Below, piece after piece: positions 1-8,409 of a stretch of DNA of 64,000 nt. The position numbers and the translations under genes were made by a program. The notes under the pieces were generated by a model. That model was given only the letters and a program-made list of their open reading frames with translations. It was not told the origin of the DNA and ran no database searches. This stretch comes from Rickettsiales bacterium. GTDB taxonomy: Bacteria; Pseudomonadota; Alphaproteobacteria; Rickettsiales; UBA998. The stretch covers positions 169,390-233,389 of the forward strand of contig CBDFKY010000004.1 of the NCBI GenBank assembly GCA_965248995.1, written 5' to 3'. Position 1 is the stretch's first letter. Every line of letters starts with the position of its first letter.

Positions 1-138
1 CGATGGGTTCATGCTGTCCACGAACGGCCAGATCAGCGCCGCCGCGCCAAGACCACCCATCGCCTGCGCGGAAAGTACAAGGAAATCCCGACGTTTTACG
101 GGTTGTTCACCAGCGGTCTGCGGTTTAGTCTCAAGCAT
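1..138 (-). CDS. petA: Rieske Fe-S subunit of the cytochrome bc1 complex. Only the N-terminal 46 codons are present; the gene runs off the left edge.
   Basis: Manual minus-strand translation from ATG at 138 gives MLETKPQTAGEQPVKRRDFLVLSAQAMGGLGAAALIWPFVDSMNPS. The twin-arginine RRDFL anchor followed by WPF..MNPS is the typical PetA N-terminus. It is absent from the ORF track because the window edge truncates it. Confidence 0.7.
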   Translation of the reverse strand, partial: MLETKPQTAGEQPVKRRDFLVLSAQAMGGLGAAALIWPFVDSMNPS

Positions 139-350
139 GGCGGTTTTTCACGTGGATGTTATTTTCAAGCGTACTCGTAATACAAAGTCAGGGTAAATTG
201 CAAGCGGTTCGTCTCTGTAAGTGCCGTTCGTTATTTAACAAGCTAAACAGGCTTACCTTGCGGCAACATTCGTCCATTCGAAAGGCATAAGAAATATGAC
301 GTTTAATTACTAGAGCCTTTATTATTTAATTTTTAAAGGGGATTAGGGAG

Positions 351-1073
351 TCATGGATGGATCTGAAAATTAAGGCGATTGATCGCATCCAGCGATTCCT
401 CCCGGATTTCAGCCGGCTGAAGGTCGCCTAACCGGAATTCACCGTAAGCGAGCCGGACGAGCCGGTTGACGGGATGGTCGAAATGCTCGAACATCCGCCG
501 TATTTCCCGGTTCTTGCCTTCATGAATCGAGATGTGGAGCCAGCAGTTGCGCCCTTTGTCATTCGCCTCCAGTTCTATTTCGGCAGGGCGGTAGGAAACA
601 CCGTCGATGGTCAGGCCCGAGCGTATCTGCTGCAGAACGGCCTCGGTCGGCTGACCGTATATCCTTGCGCGATACGTCCGTTTGAGGCCTGTGGAGGGCA
701 GTTCGAGAAAGCGGGCCAGTTCGCCGCTGTTCGTCAGCAGCAGTAATCCCTCGCTGGCGACATCCAGCCTGCCGACGGAAATGACACGGCCCATTTTTCT
801 GGGCAGGGCGTCGAACACCGTCGGGCGGTTTTGCGGGTCACGGTGGGTGCAGACCAGTCCGACCGGTTTGTAATAGCGCCACAGCCGGATGATTTCCTTG
901 CGTGAGAGAGGTTTTCCGTCTAGGGCCACCCGGTCGCTTTCGGTAATCTTCAGGGCAGGGGTGTCTGCCGTAATGCCGTTGACGCTTATTCGCCCCTCGG
1001 CAATCACCGCCTCCGCCTGCCGGCGTGACGCGACGCCGCAATCCGCCAGAAATTTGTTTAATCGTGTCTCCAT
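351..1073 (-). CDS. rluB: Pseudouridine synthase, RsuA/RluB family
   Basis: ORF 351..1109, with the start moved to METRLNKFLA (ATG 1073). It has an S4-like N-terminus (RLNKFLADCGVASRRQAE..GRISVNG), the catalytic motif GRLDVASEGLLLLTN, and HEGKNREIRRM near the C-terminus. Confidence 0.85.
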   Translation of the reverse strand: METRLNKFLADCGVASRRQAEAVIAEGRISVNGITADTPALKITESDRVALDGKPLSRKEIIRLWRYYKPVGLVCTHRDPQNRPTVFDALPRKMGRVISVGRLDVASEGLLLLTNSGELARFLELPSTGLKRTYRARIYGQPTEAVLQQIRSGLTIDGVSYRPAEIELEANDKGRNCWLHISIHEGKNREIRRMFEHFDHPVNRLVRLAYGEFRLGDLQPAEIREESLDAINRLNFQIHP

Positions 1074-1190
1074 CGTTCGATACATAAAACGTATGGATTC
1101 ACAGCGCAAGCGTATCAGTAAGATTGCATTTTTATGAAAGAGGCTTATGTTCTGTTACAGCATTACACATGAAAGACCGGAGATTGATAT

Positions 1191-1856
1191 ATGAGCACAT
1201 CGTCAAATGCGGCGGATTCCCAAGAGAACGGACAGAAGCCAGCTCTCGCCGAAGGTGAGAAGGACGCGATGGCCTCACTGGCGGAAGCTTTCAAGCAAGC
1301 GGGAGCCATGGCAGCCGAGGATCATTCCACCGAAGGACAACTGGAAGCGCTGGAGGCAAAAATCGCCGAATACCATGACGCTGCGCTGCGCGGGGCGGCG
1401 GAACTGGAAAATACCCGCAAACGTGCCGAACGTGAAAAGCAGGAGGCTTCCAAGTACGCGATTTCCGGATTCGCGCGCGACCTGGTCAGCGTCTATGAGA
1501 ATCTCTCCCGCGCCAGCGGCAGTATTCCCTTGGAATCCCGTGCGACGGATACCCATCTCAATACCCTGGCAACCGGGGTGGACATGACGCTCGGGGAACT
1601 GGCCCGCGTGTTTGAAAAGCATCAGATCCAGCGCATCGATCCCGCCGGCCAGCCGTTCGACCATAATTTCCATCAGGCAATGATGAAGATCGAAACGGCG
1701 GACTATCCGGAGGGCACCGTCGTGCAGGTGATGCAGGCCGCCTACGTGATGCATGACCGTCTGTTGCAGCCGGCATTCGTCGGCGTGGCGACCGCTCCTT
1801 CGGCTTCCACCGCTGCTGCAGGCGGTGCTTCGCATCATGTCGATACGAAAGCTTAA
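1191..1856 (+). CDS. grpE: Nucleotide exchange factor GrpE
   Basis: 221-aa ORF with an acidic N-terminus, then AELENTRKRAEREKQEASKYAISGFARDLVSVYENL and C-terminal FDHNFHQAMM..VVQVMQAGY-like motifs typical of GrpE. Confidence 0.9.
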   Translation: MSTSSNAADSQENGQKPALAEGEKDAMASLAEAFKQAGAMAAEDHSTEGQLEALEAKIAEYHDAALRGAAELENTRKRAEREKQEASKYAISGFARDLVSVYENLSRASGSIPLESRATDTHLNTLATGVDMTLGELARVFEKHQIQRIDPAGQPFDHNFHQAMMKIETADYPEGTVVQVMQAAYVMHDRLLQPAFVGVATAPSASTAAAGGASHHVDTKA

Positions 1857-2727
1857 GCGTCTCTACCAGTCCGATTTCGCGTTCCGCCAGGACACCACCC
1901 TGGCGTACCTTCCCCTTGTCATCGCTTTTTTAACGGTACTCAGCGTCTGCATGACCCACAGCGCTGCATACATCAAGCATGTCACGCTTTCGGGGTCCGA
2001 AGCCTTGCAGCAGCGGCTGCACCTGCACCTGCCCAACGATGTCAGCGAGGTGACCATCAAACAGCTTTACGGTGAACTCGCCAAGGTGGACGGCATCGAA
2101 TCGGTGGATCGCATTTCAACGAAGGAGATGCGCGGGTTTCTGGGCTCATGGCTGGGAACCGACGGCAAGCTGGCGGACGATTTCCCCTTGCCGGTCATTC
2201 TGGACATCACCCTGCATCCGGAAGCGCCCCGCCTCAAGGTGCAGCGGATCATTCAAAGCTACCTGAACCAGCATGTCGACGGCGCCCTGCTGGAGAGTTA
2301 TGATGACAGCATCGCCGCGTTCAACCAGTCCAGCCGGCTGGTCAAAACGGGGATCTACATTCTCGGCTTCGTCGTGATGATTTCCACCACGCTGATCGTG
2401 GTGATCGTCAGCCGCATCAATCTGGGAATCCATAAGCGGCATATCGAGATATTGCACGACCTCGGCGCCAGTGACGCCTATATCAATCGCCAGTTCATCA
2501 AACGCAGCGCCGCCATTTCGCTTCAGGGAGTCGTACTCGGCACGCTGGTATCCATCGGTTTTATCGAATTTGTCAAATCCCGCTTCGACGCGGCGTTTTT
2601 TTCCGGTGAGGGGGGGGAATTGAGCGCTATCTGGATCTATTACATCATCAATCCGGCCATGTTGATGATTCTGGTGCTGGTGGCCTCCTGGGTGAGTATC
2701 GAGGCGCAACTGAAGAAAATGCATTAA
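1837..2727 (+). CDS. ftsX: FtsX-like permease (cell-division ABC transporter permease family)
   Basis: ORF 1753..2727, with the start set at ATG 1837 (MSIRKLKRLY). It has an N-terminal TM, a large loop with PLPVILDITL, then three C-terminal TMs with EILHDLGASDAYINRQF (the FtsX signature E-x3-LvGA). It overlaps the grpE stop by 20 nt. No ftsE is adjacent. Confidence 0.7.
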   Translation: MSIRKLKRLYQSDFAFRQDTTLAYLPLVIAFLTVLSVCMTHSAAYIKHVTLSGSEALQQRLHLHLPNDVSEVTIKQLYGELAKVDGIESVDRISTKEMRGFLGSWLGTDGKLADDFPLPVILDITLHPEAPRLKVQRIIQSYLNQHVDGALLESYDDSIAAFNQSSRLVKTGIYILGFVVMISTTLIVVIVSRINLGIHKRHIEILHDLGASDAYINRQFIKRSAAISLQGVVLGTLVSIGFIEFVKSRFDAAFFSGEGGELSAIWIYYIINPAMLMILVLVASWVSIEAQLKKMH

Positions 2728-2816
2728 TAAATTCAATACCGCCGTATCGTTTTTTTATGATAGCCGGTGTTATTTTTCCTTCAGTTCATTATTTCATTTT
2801 CACCGGAGATATCTTT

Positions 2817-3397
2817 ATGCGTTCCGAGCAATCATCACTTCAGGGTAAAAAAGTCGCGTTTCTGTTAACGGACGGTTTTGAGCAGGTTGAGTTTACCCGT
2901 CCCTGGGAAGAAATTAAGAAAGCCGGTGCGCAGACGGTGCTTGTTTCCATCAAGTCCGGCAGCGTACAAGGATATCACCATCACGATAAAGCCGACCAGT
3001 TCCTGTCGATGTGGAGGTTACCGGCGTAAGCGCCGGCGAATTCGATGCGCTGGTGCTGCCGGGCGGCGCGATTAATCCCGATACTCTGCGTATGGATAAG
3101 GACGCGGTCGCTTTCGTGAAGGAATTCTTCCATCAGAAAAAACCGGTGGCGGCTATCTGTCACGGTCCCGTGATGCTGGTCGAAGCCAACGTGGTCAACG
3201 GTAAGAAACTGACATCCTGGCCGAGCGTGATGACGGATCTCATCAACGCGGGAGCGCTTTGGGTGGATGAAGAAGTGGTGGTGGATGAGGGGCTGGTCAC
3301 CAGCCGCAAACCTGATGATCTGGATGCTTTCTGTGCGCGTGCCATTGAAGAAATCGCCGAAGGTAAGCATGAAGGACGTGCGGCAGACGCTGCCTGA
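2817..3397 (+). pseudogene. DJ-1/PfpI family protein (YhbO/PfpI-like) split by a single -1 frameshift near 3000-3010
   Basis: ORFs 2757..3029 and 3011..3397 are two halves of one protein. The first half ends ..[11 protein letters not shown]. The second continues in the neighbouring frame as [37 protein letters not shown] (nucleophile elbow Cys). ATG at 2817 is preceded by GGAG. Confidence 0.7.
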
Positions 3398-3436
3398 TTG
3401 GGTATTTCTAAGTTCCCGGGAGATGGGGCGGTTTTA

Positions 3437-4492
3437 TTAAACACGTAATGTTTGACTTGATGAAGCTTGCCTGCCGATAGCGCAGGCGAGCGCCCCTTCA
3501 TCAGCATGTGTCACACCGGCGATCTGCAATTTGTGGCTGATGCCTTCCAATGCGGTTTTCATTTCATTTGATAACTCGGCATGTTTAGCCTCTTTCGGTT
3601 TGCCGTCTATGCGGTCTGCGGCATTCTGAATACGCGTTTCCAACGTTTTGGGATCGGCGTCTTCCAAAGGAAATAAATTGAACGGCATGATACCGGTATC
3701 CGTTCTCAATAAAAACCTGTTCTCGTCCCTGTTGAATTTTTCAATGGTAGATCGGTCTTTTGCTAAGATTTCCGGCTCCTTATCTCCCTTATACTGGCTG
3801 GCGTCATACATTAACACGTTTTCCTGCCCAAAACGTTTTTCCAAGGTTGAGGAAAAGCGGTTTTTGATTTGTTCGGCAGTAGCATTTTCTGAAATATCCA
3901 TCAGACCGGACAGGTGATCCCTGCCTACTATGGCAATCACGAAAGGCGGTTTGTCGGAGTTTGCCAGAGGCCCGGCAGCTGAGGCGATATTTTTTTTCAT
4001 CGCCGCTTCGCGTGACTCATTAACATCGACTATTCTGTTATTGGAAATCGAAGCGTCTGCCATCGTTAAATAAGAATCAACCGCCACTATTTGTATGTGA
4101 TGCGTCATTGCATAATGTATGGCATGGAGAGCGCCCATATTTTTAAGTTGCAGAGTATCATCAAGCGCTGCGGATGGTGAGGGGGCATTTAACCAATCAG
4201 GATTATGCTTGAAATTATTTATCACTATATCCAGCGCGTCTTGAGGAAGCTCGATCGCCAATACTACGTTCTTCTCGCCCATCCGGCGTGATGCCGCCTC
4301 CAGTGCGGATAGCTCGACATTGCCGGAAGCGGCGTAGGTATGGGTTTCACCGATCACGATAAGATGCGGGGCGTTGGGCGAATTGTCCACCAGCTGATTC
4401 ACATCGTGTGATACATCCTTATAGATATTATCTGTCTGGTTTTGAAACGGGTCGGGCAGACTCATTATAATCTCTCGCTTATTTCTTACCAT
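3437..4492 (-). CDS. Hypothetical protein with the Tiki/TraB/ChaN-superfamily motif series; no signal peptide
   Basis: 351-aa ORF; an alternative start is MSLPDPF at 4465. The ordered motifs are LIVIGETHTY (G-x-x-H), VVLAIELPQD (E), IQIVAVDS, NESREAAMKKNIAS (R-x3-M) and FVIAIVGRDHLSGL (G-x-x-H). The gene looks more AT-rich than its neighbours. Confidence 0.55.
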   Translation of the reverse strand: MVRNKREIIMSLPDPFQNQTDNIYKDVSHDVNQLVDNSPNAPHLIVIGETHTYAASGNVELSALEAASRRMGEKNVVLAIELPQDALDIVINNFKHNPDWLNAPSPSAALDDTLQLKNMGALHAIHYAMTHHIQIVAVDSYLTMADASISNNRIVDVNESREAAMKKNIASAAGPLANSDKPPFVIAIVGRDHLSGLMDISENATAEQIKNRFSSTLEKRFGQENVLMYDASQYKGDKEPEILAKDRSTIEKFNRDENRFLLRTDTGIMPFNLFPLEDADPKTLETRIQNAADRIDGKPKEAKHAELSNEMKTALEGISHKLQIAGVTHADEGALACAIGRQASSSQTLRV

Positions 4493-4505
4493 ATCAAAAT
4501 TTTAT

Positions 4506-4525
4506 ATAAAAATAAACATTTTTAT
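4506..4525. promoter_or_regulatory. Perfect 8-bp inverted repeat ATAAAAAT-N4-ATTTTTAT in the very AT-rich divergent intergenic region
   Basis: Read directly at 4506-4513 and 4518-4525, between the divergently transcribed 3437..4492 gene and hemC. A TTAATTAA palindrome follows at about 4531. It is a candidate operator or promoter region. Confidence 0.3.
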
Positions 4526-4607
4526 AATATTAATTAAAATATCCGTCATATTATCGAAGAATAGCGAGAGTTGAAAAACCGGTTGATGCTGCTATAAGCC
4601 TTGCCTG

Positions 4608-5546
4608 ATGGCCATACATTTACGCATCGGTTCCCGAAGATCCCGCCTTGCCCAGCGGCAGGCGCAGCTATGCGCGGAAGCTATCGCACCCTACCTGCCT
4701 GAAGGTTCCACGACACAAATAAAAATTTTCCAAACGACCGGGGATGCCTATCTTTCCGGAGCGATTTCGGATATCGGGAACAAAGGGCTATTTACCAAGG
4801 AAATCGAGCAGGCGTTGATCGACGGTGAGGTGGATATCGCAGTGCATTCCATGAAAGACGTGGCAACCGTATTGCCTTCGCGCCTCATCATTCCCGCCAT
4901 GCTGGCGCGTGACGATCCCCGTGACGTCCTGCTTTGCGCGCACGCGGCTTCCATCGAAGCGATTCCTTACGGCGCGACGGTGGGTACCTCATCGCTGCGC
5001 CGCAAGATACAGGTGAAACACCTGCGTCCGGATCTGCAGGTGGTGGGGTATCGCGGTAATCTGGACAGGCGCATCGTACGGCTGGAGTCGGGCATCGTTG
5101 ACGCAACCCTGCTTGCCGCGGCAGGTCTTGACCGGCTCAACATGGCGCTGGACTATGCGCATATCATTCCCCTTTCCGTTATGCTCCCCGCGGTCGCGCA
5201 AGGGGCGATCGGGCTGCAGTGCCGCACCAACGATACGGCCATGCAGGAGCTGCTGCTTCAGGCCAACGATGCCGAAACGTTTCTCTGCGTAAACGCCGAG
5301 CGTTCCATGCTACGGGCACTGGACGGTTCCTGCCGTACACCCATCGCCGGATACGCCGTGGTGAATGATGGGGTGATGACGCTGGAAGGCATGCTGGCGG
5401 ACGAGGAGGGAACCCTCCTTATACAGGATAAGCTTCAGGCACCCCTCGAGGATGCGTTGGCGCTCGGAAAGGAACTGGCGGAGCATCTGCAACGGCAATT
5501 CGCGACGTCTCACGTTCCATTGCTTTCGGAACGTGGACTCATTTAA
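4608..5546 (+). CDS. hemC: Porphobilinogen deaminase (hydroxymethylbilane synthase)
   Basis: 312-aa ORF with LRIGSRRSRLAQRQA, GDxxLxxxLSDIGNKGLFTKEIE, DIAVHSMKD, GTSSLRR and the cofactor-Cys region LDGSCRTPIAG. Confidence 0.93.
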   Translation: MAIHLRIGSRRSRLAQRQAQLCAEAIAPYLPEGSTTQIKIFQTTGDAYLSGAISDIGNKGLFTKEIEQALIDGEVDIAVHSMKDVATVLPSRLIIPAMLARDDPRDVLLCAHAASIEAIPYGATVGTSSLRRKIQVKHLRPDLQVVGYRGNLDRRIVRLESGIVDATLLAAAGLDRLNMALDYAHIIPLSVMLPAVAQGAIGLQCRTNDTAMQELLLQANDAETFLCVNAERSMLRALDGSCRTPIAGYAVVNDGVMTLEGMLADEEGTLLIQDKLQAPLEDALALGKELAEHLQRQFATSHVPLLSERGLI

Positions 5547-5663
5547 CTGTTCGCAGCTAAGTCTAGCCTGCCGTTTCGACATAAGCATCCTGGAATGATT
5601 CACTCTGTAACAGATCATTAACACGCACGCGCTATACTTCAAAAAAACCAGAGAGCCCATCCG

Positions 5664-6404
5664 ATGAACCATATTCTCGTTACCCGTCCGGAACCACAGG
5701 CGGAACTTACCGCGCTGGCGCTCAAGGAAGCGGGTTTCGAGGTCATCATCGCGCCTGCTATCAGCCTGAGGGCTTTGCCGGATGTGTCTACCCAGGTGAA
5801 GGCGCTGAACCATCAGGCCGACGGCGTCATCGTGACCAGTCAGTTCGCCCTGCAGGTACTGGACAGCAACGGTCTGGAACGTGACGTGCCACTGTATGTC
5901 ACCGGAAAGGCCCTCTATACTATGGCCATGGATTACGGGTTCACGCTGGTGCGTTACGCGGAAGGGAACGCCCACAGTCTGCTTACCTGGCTGATAGCGC
6001 AGCCGGAGCTGAAACGCCAGCTGCTGACGGTGGCGCACGGCAGCCATATCGCCCTCGATATGGCGACCGCCCTGCAGGATGCCGGGTTTCGCATCCGCCG
6101 GCAGGCGCTGTATCATTCCCGTACTACGCGCTCCCTCCCTCCTGAGGCGATCACGGCGTTGAAACAGAATAAAGTGAGCGCCGCGCTGTTTTATTCCGCG
6201 TTTACCGCGCGGAGTTTCATGAACCTTATCGAAGAGGTGGGACTGCGTGAGCAGTTGAAGGGCATCACCGCCATCGGCATCAGTGAGAACGTTCTGGAAG
6301 CGTTGCCGAAATCATCGTGGAGGGCAAAATTATGCACCTATTCGCCCGTCATATCCGAGGTCATACACACGCTGCATTCCGTGGCGGACCATGCGTGTGT
6401 CTGA
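5664..6404 (+). CDS. hemD: Uroporphyrinogen-III synthase
   Basis: 246-aa ORF immediately after hemC. It starts with the HEM4-like ILVTRPEPQAELTALALKEAGFEVIIAPAISL and has a two-lobed repeat organisation. Confidence 0.65.
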   Translation: MNHILVTRPEPQAELTALALKEAGFEVIIAPAISLRALPDVSTQVKALNHQADGVIVTSQFALQVLDSNGLERDVPLYVTGKALYTMAMDYGFTLVRYAEGNAHSLLTWLIAQPELKRQLLTVAHGSHIALDMATALQDAGFRIRRQALYHSRTTRSLPPEAITALKQNKVSAALFYSAFTARSFMNLIEEVGLREQLKGITAIGISENVLEALPKSSWRAKLCTYSPVISEVIHTLHSVADHACV

Positions 6405-6453
6405 TGTGCTTTCGCTATTGAATGAAAAGAAAGGATATGATATTTAAATCAGT

Positions 6454-7311
6454 ATGAATGACAAGGATATTTCTTCGAAAAACGTTTATTTATTCGGGGA
6501 TACCGATCATGCGAATCCTTCGGTGAAAAAAGAAATCGCTTCACGGCTCGGTTCTTTGCGCGAGCAGAGATATACCACTCTCGCGGTGGAAGTGGATTCT
6601 GAAAAACAGGCGCTTGTCGATGACTTACTGCACAATCCCCCGGCTGATGATCAGATGTTCACGGCGTATGTCAGAGACGTGCTGAAGCTCCATAATTTCG
6701 AAGGGATGACAAGCTTGCTCCGTGAGGCGAGCCGGCAGGGAATGCGTGTCGCCTGTATTGATGAAAAAAGCTCCGGTGAAGTGCTTTCGGCGGCATACCC
6801 GGAGTTTCGTTCCCGGCGTGACGCGTTCGATATTTTATTCCATACCGGAGGCGATGCCGCCGAACAGGAAGAGCTGCGCGTATTCAGAGGAAACGATCCG
6901 GGAGGTTTCGACCGCTACATGGAAGCGTACGGAAAATGGAAAGAAATACGCTCGGAAGCGGATTGTGGCATGGCGGAGCGTCTGGCGTCACTGGTGGATC
7001 AGGGGGAAAGAGTCGTCGCGGTTCTCGGACAATCTCATTTGGCGCGATTGCGGGGCGTTCCCTTTTATCTGGTGGAGCGCGGCATTGTCGCCGATCGCGA
7101 AGACGTGTATGTTGACCGACGGGCCTACGATGCGTTTTATGCGCGCGGCATGGATGGAGAGGAATTAAAAACCGTTCCCGCTCATGCGTATTTCATAAAA
7201 GAAAAGGAAACGGTCAATCTGCCCGCGCCGCCTTTCCATTTTATCGTGAAGGTAGAAGATCATGCGCACGTCCATGAGCGTTCGCAGCCGATGGCCGGCG
7301 CTAACCTGTAG
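6454..7311 (+). CDS. Hypothetical protein, a second divergent Tiki/TraB/ChaN-superfamily paralogue; no signal peptide
   Basis: 285-aa ORF. It has the same motif order as 3437..4492: VYLFGDTDHAN, TTLAVEVDSE, MRVACIDE, RSEADCGMAERLAS and VVAVLGQSHLARL. Confidence 0.55.
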   Translation: MNDKDISSKNVYLFGDTDHANPSVKKEIASRLGSLREQRYTTLAVEVDSEKQALVDDLLHNPPADDQMFTAYVRDVLKLHNFEGMTSLLREASRQGMRVACIDEKSSGEVLSAAYPEFRSRRDAFDILFHTGGDAAEQEELRVFRGNDPGGFDRYMEAYGKWKEIRSEADCGMAERLASLVDQGERVVAVLGQSHLARLRGVPFYLVERGIVADREDVYVDRRAYDAFYARGMDGEELKTVPAHAYFIKEKETVNLPAPPFHFIVKVEDHAHVHERSQPMAGANL

Positions 7312-7416
7312 TCGGGACGCGGCGGAATTCACAAACGACTTGTAAGCGGGCCATGCTTCTGATAGCGTCCCATCTGAGTCCTATTTATTTTTACAGAATT
7401 ATTCAATCTCAAGGGG

Positions 7417-8409
7417 TTGCACATGCCGTTACCGTGCCGTACTTCACGCTTGCTCTGCGTTTGCCTAAGCGTTCTGATCCTGTTCGCTGCCGCTCCGGCA
7501 AGAGCGGAGAAGAAATTCATCTCTTTCGGCACGGCAGGGGTGACAGGGGTATATTATCCGGTAGCGGGGACGATCTGCCGCCTCGTCAATCGTCAGGCGA
7601 GAGAACACGGCATCCGCTGCGCCGTCGAATCTACCGGCGGATCGATCGATAACCTGAACGCCATTCGCCGCGGCGAGCTGGATCTGGCGTTCGTGCAGTC
7701 CGACTGGCATTATAACGCTTACGTCGGGGAAGGGCTTTTCGCGCAGGCCGGGCCGGACAAGAACCTGCGGTCGCTTTTTTCACTGCACAGTGAGGCGCTC
7801 ACCATCATCGCCCGTTCGGATTCCGGGATACGTACGCTGAACGATCTGAAGGGCAAACGTTTCAACATCGGAAACGCGGGTTCCGGCACGCGCTCCACGA
7901 TGGAGGAACTGCTGCATCAGATGAACTGGAATACCGATTCCTTCAACATCTCCTCCAATTTCCGCGCTTCCGAACAGGCGCAGAAGCTTTGTGACGGGAA
8001 GATCGACGCGTTCGCGTTCAATACCGGGCATCCCAATGGGGCCATACAGGAAGTGACGTCTACCTGTAACGCCCGGATCGTGCCGGTAACGGGTGATGCG
8101 GTCAGCGCTCTGGTTAAAAAATATCCCTATTATGCGCTGGCCACCATTCCCGGAGGAATGTACGCGAATAATCCAAAAGACATCGCCACGTACGGCGTAA
8201 AAGCCACGGTGGTCTCCTCGACGCTGGTGGATGAGGAGCTGGTCTATCAGGTGGTAAAAGCCGTTTTCGACAATTTCGACAATTTCAAGACTACGCATCC
8301 CATTCTCTCCAACCTGAGCAAAGACCGGATGATCGTCAACGGATTGACCGCTCCCCTGCATGAAGGCGCCAAGCGTTACTACACGGAAACGGGATTGCTG
8401 AAACAATAA
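7417..8409 (+). CDS. TAXI-family TRAP-type solute-binding protein (orphan receptor)
   Basis: 330-aa ORF with a signal peptide ending AAPARA-EK, then [22 protein letters not shown] and [26 protein letters not shown], typical of TAXI/NMT1-like receptors. No TRAP membrane component is nearby. Confidence 0.8.
   Translation: MHMPLPCRTSRLLCVCLSVLILFAAAPARAEKKFISFGTAGVTGVYYPVAGTICRLVNRQAREHGIRCAVESTGGSIDNLNAIRRGELDLAFVQSDWHYNAYVGEGLFAQAGPDKNLRSLFSLHSEALTIIARSDSGIRTLNDLKGKRFNIGNAGSGTRSTMEELLHQMNWNTDSFNISSNFRASEQAQKLCDGKIDAFAFNTGHPNGAIQEVTSTCNARIVPVTGDAVSALVKKYPYYALATIPGGMYANNPKDIATYGVKATVVSSTLVDEELVYQVVKAVFDNFDNFKTTHPILSNLSKDRMIVNGLTAPLHEGAKRYYTETGLLKQ

Noticed and set aside
11-196. 61-aa plus-strand ORF at the left edge
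   Set aside because: It overlaps the minus-strand petA N-terminus, which has a convincing RRDFL Tat-type anchor. It carries no motif.
2610-2617. In-frame G8 homopolymers in ftsX (2610-2617) and the NMO-like gene (16564-16571) as phase-variation switches
   Set aside because: Both are currently in frame and encode plausible Gly-rich turns (GEGGE, MAGGAW) that are conserved-looking parts of the proteins. Eight residues is borderline for slippage and I have no population data. I note them only as fragile sites.
2146-2736. Other long antisense ORFs: 2146..2736, 5310..6116, 8442..9206, 11857..12369, 18391..19152, 34262..34966, 36681..37289, 38834..39424 and 39935..40510
   Set aside because: Each lies opposite a confidently identified gene (ftsX, hemC/hemD, kdsA, ppdK, ABC-F, BI-1, zwf, edd) and encodes low-complexity Arg/His/Pro-rich sequence. 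They are shadow ORFs, not genes.
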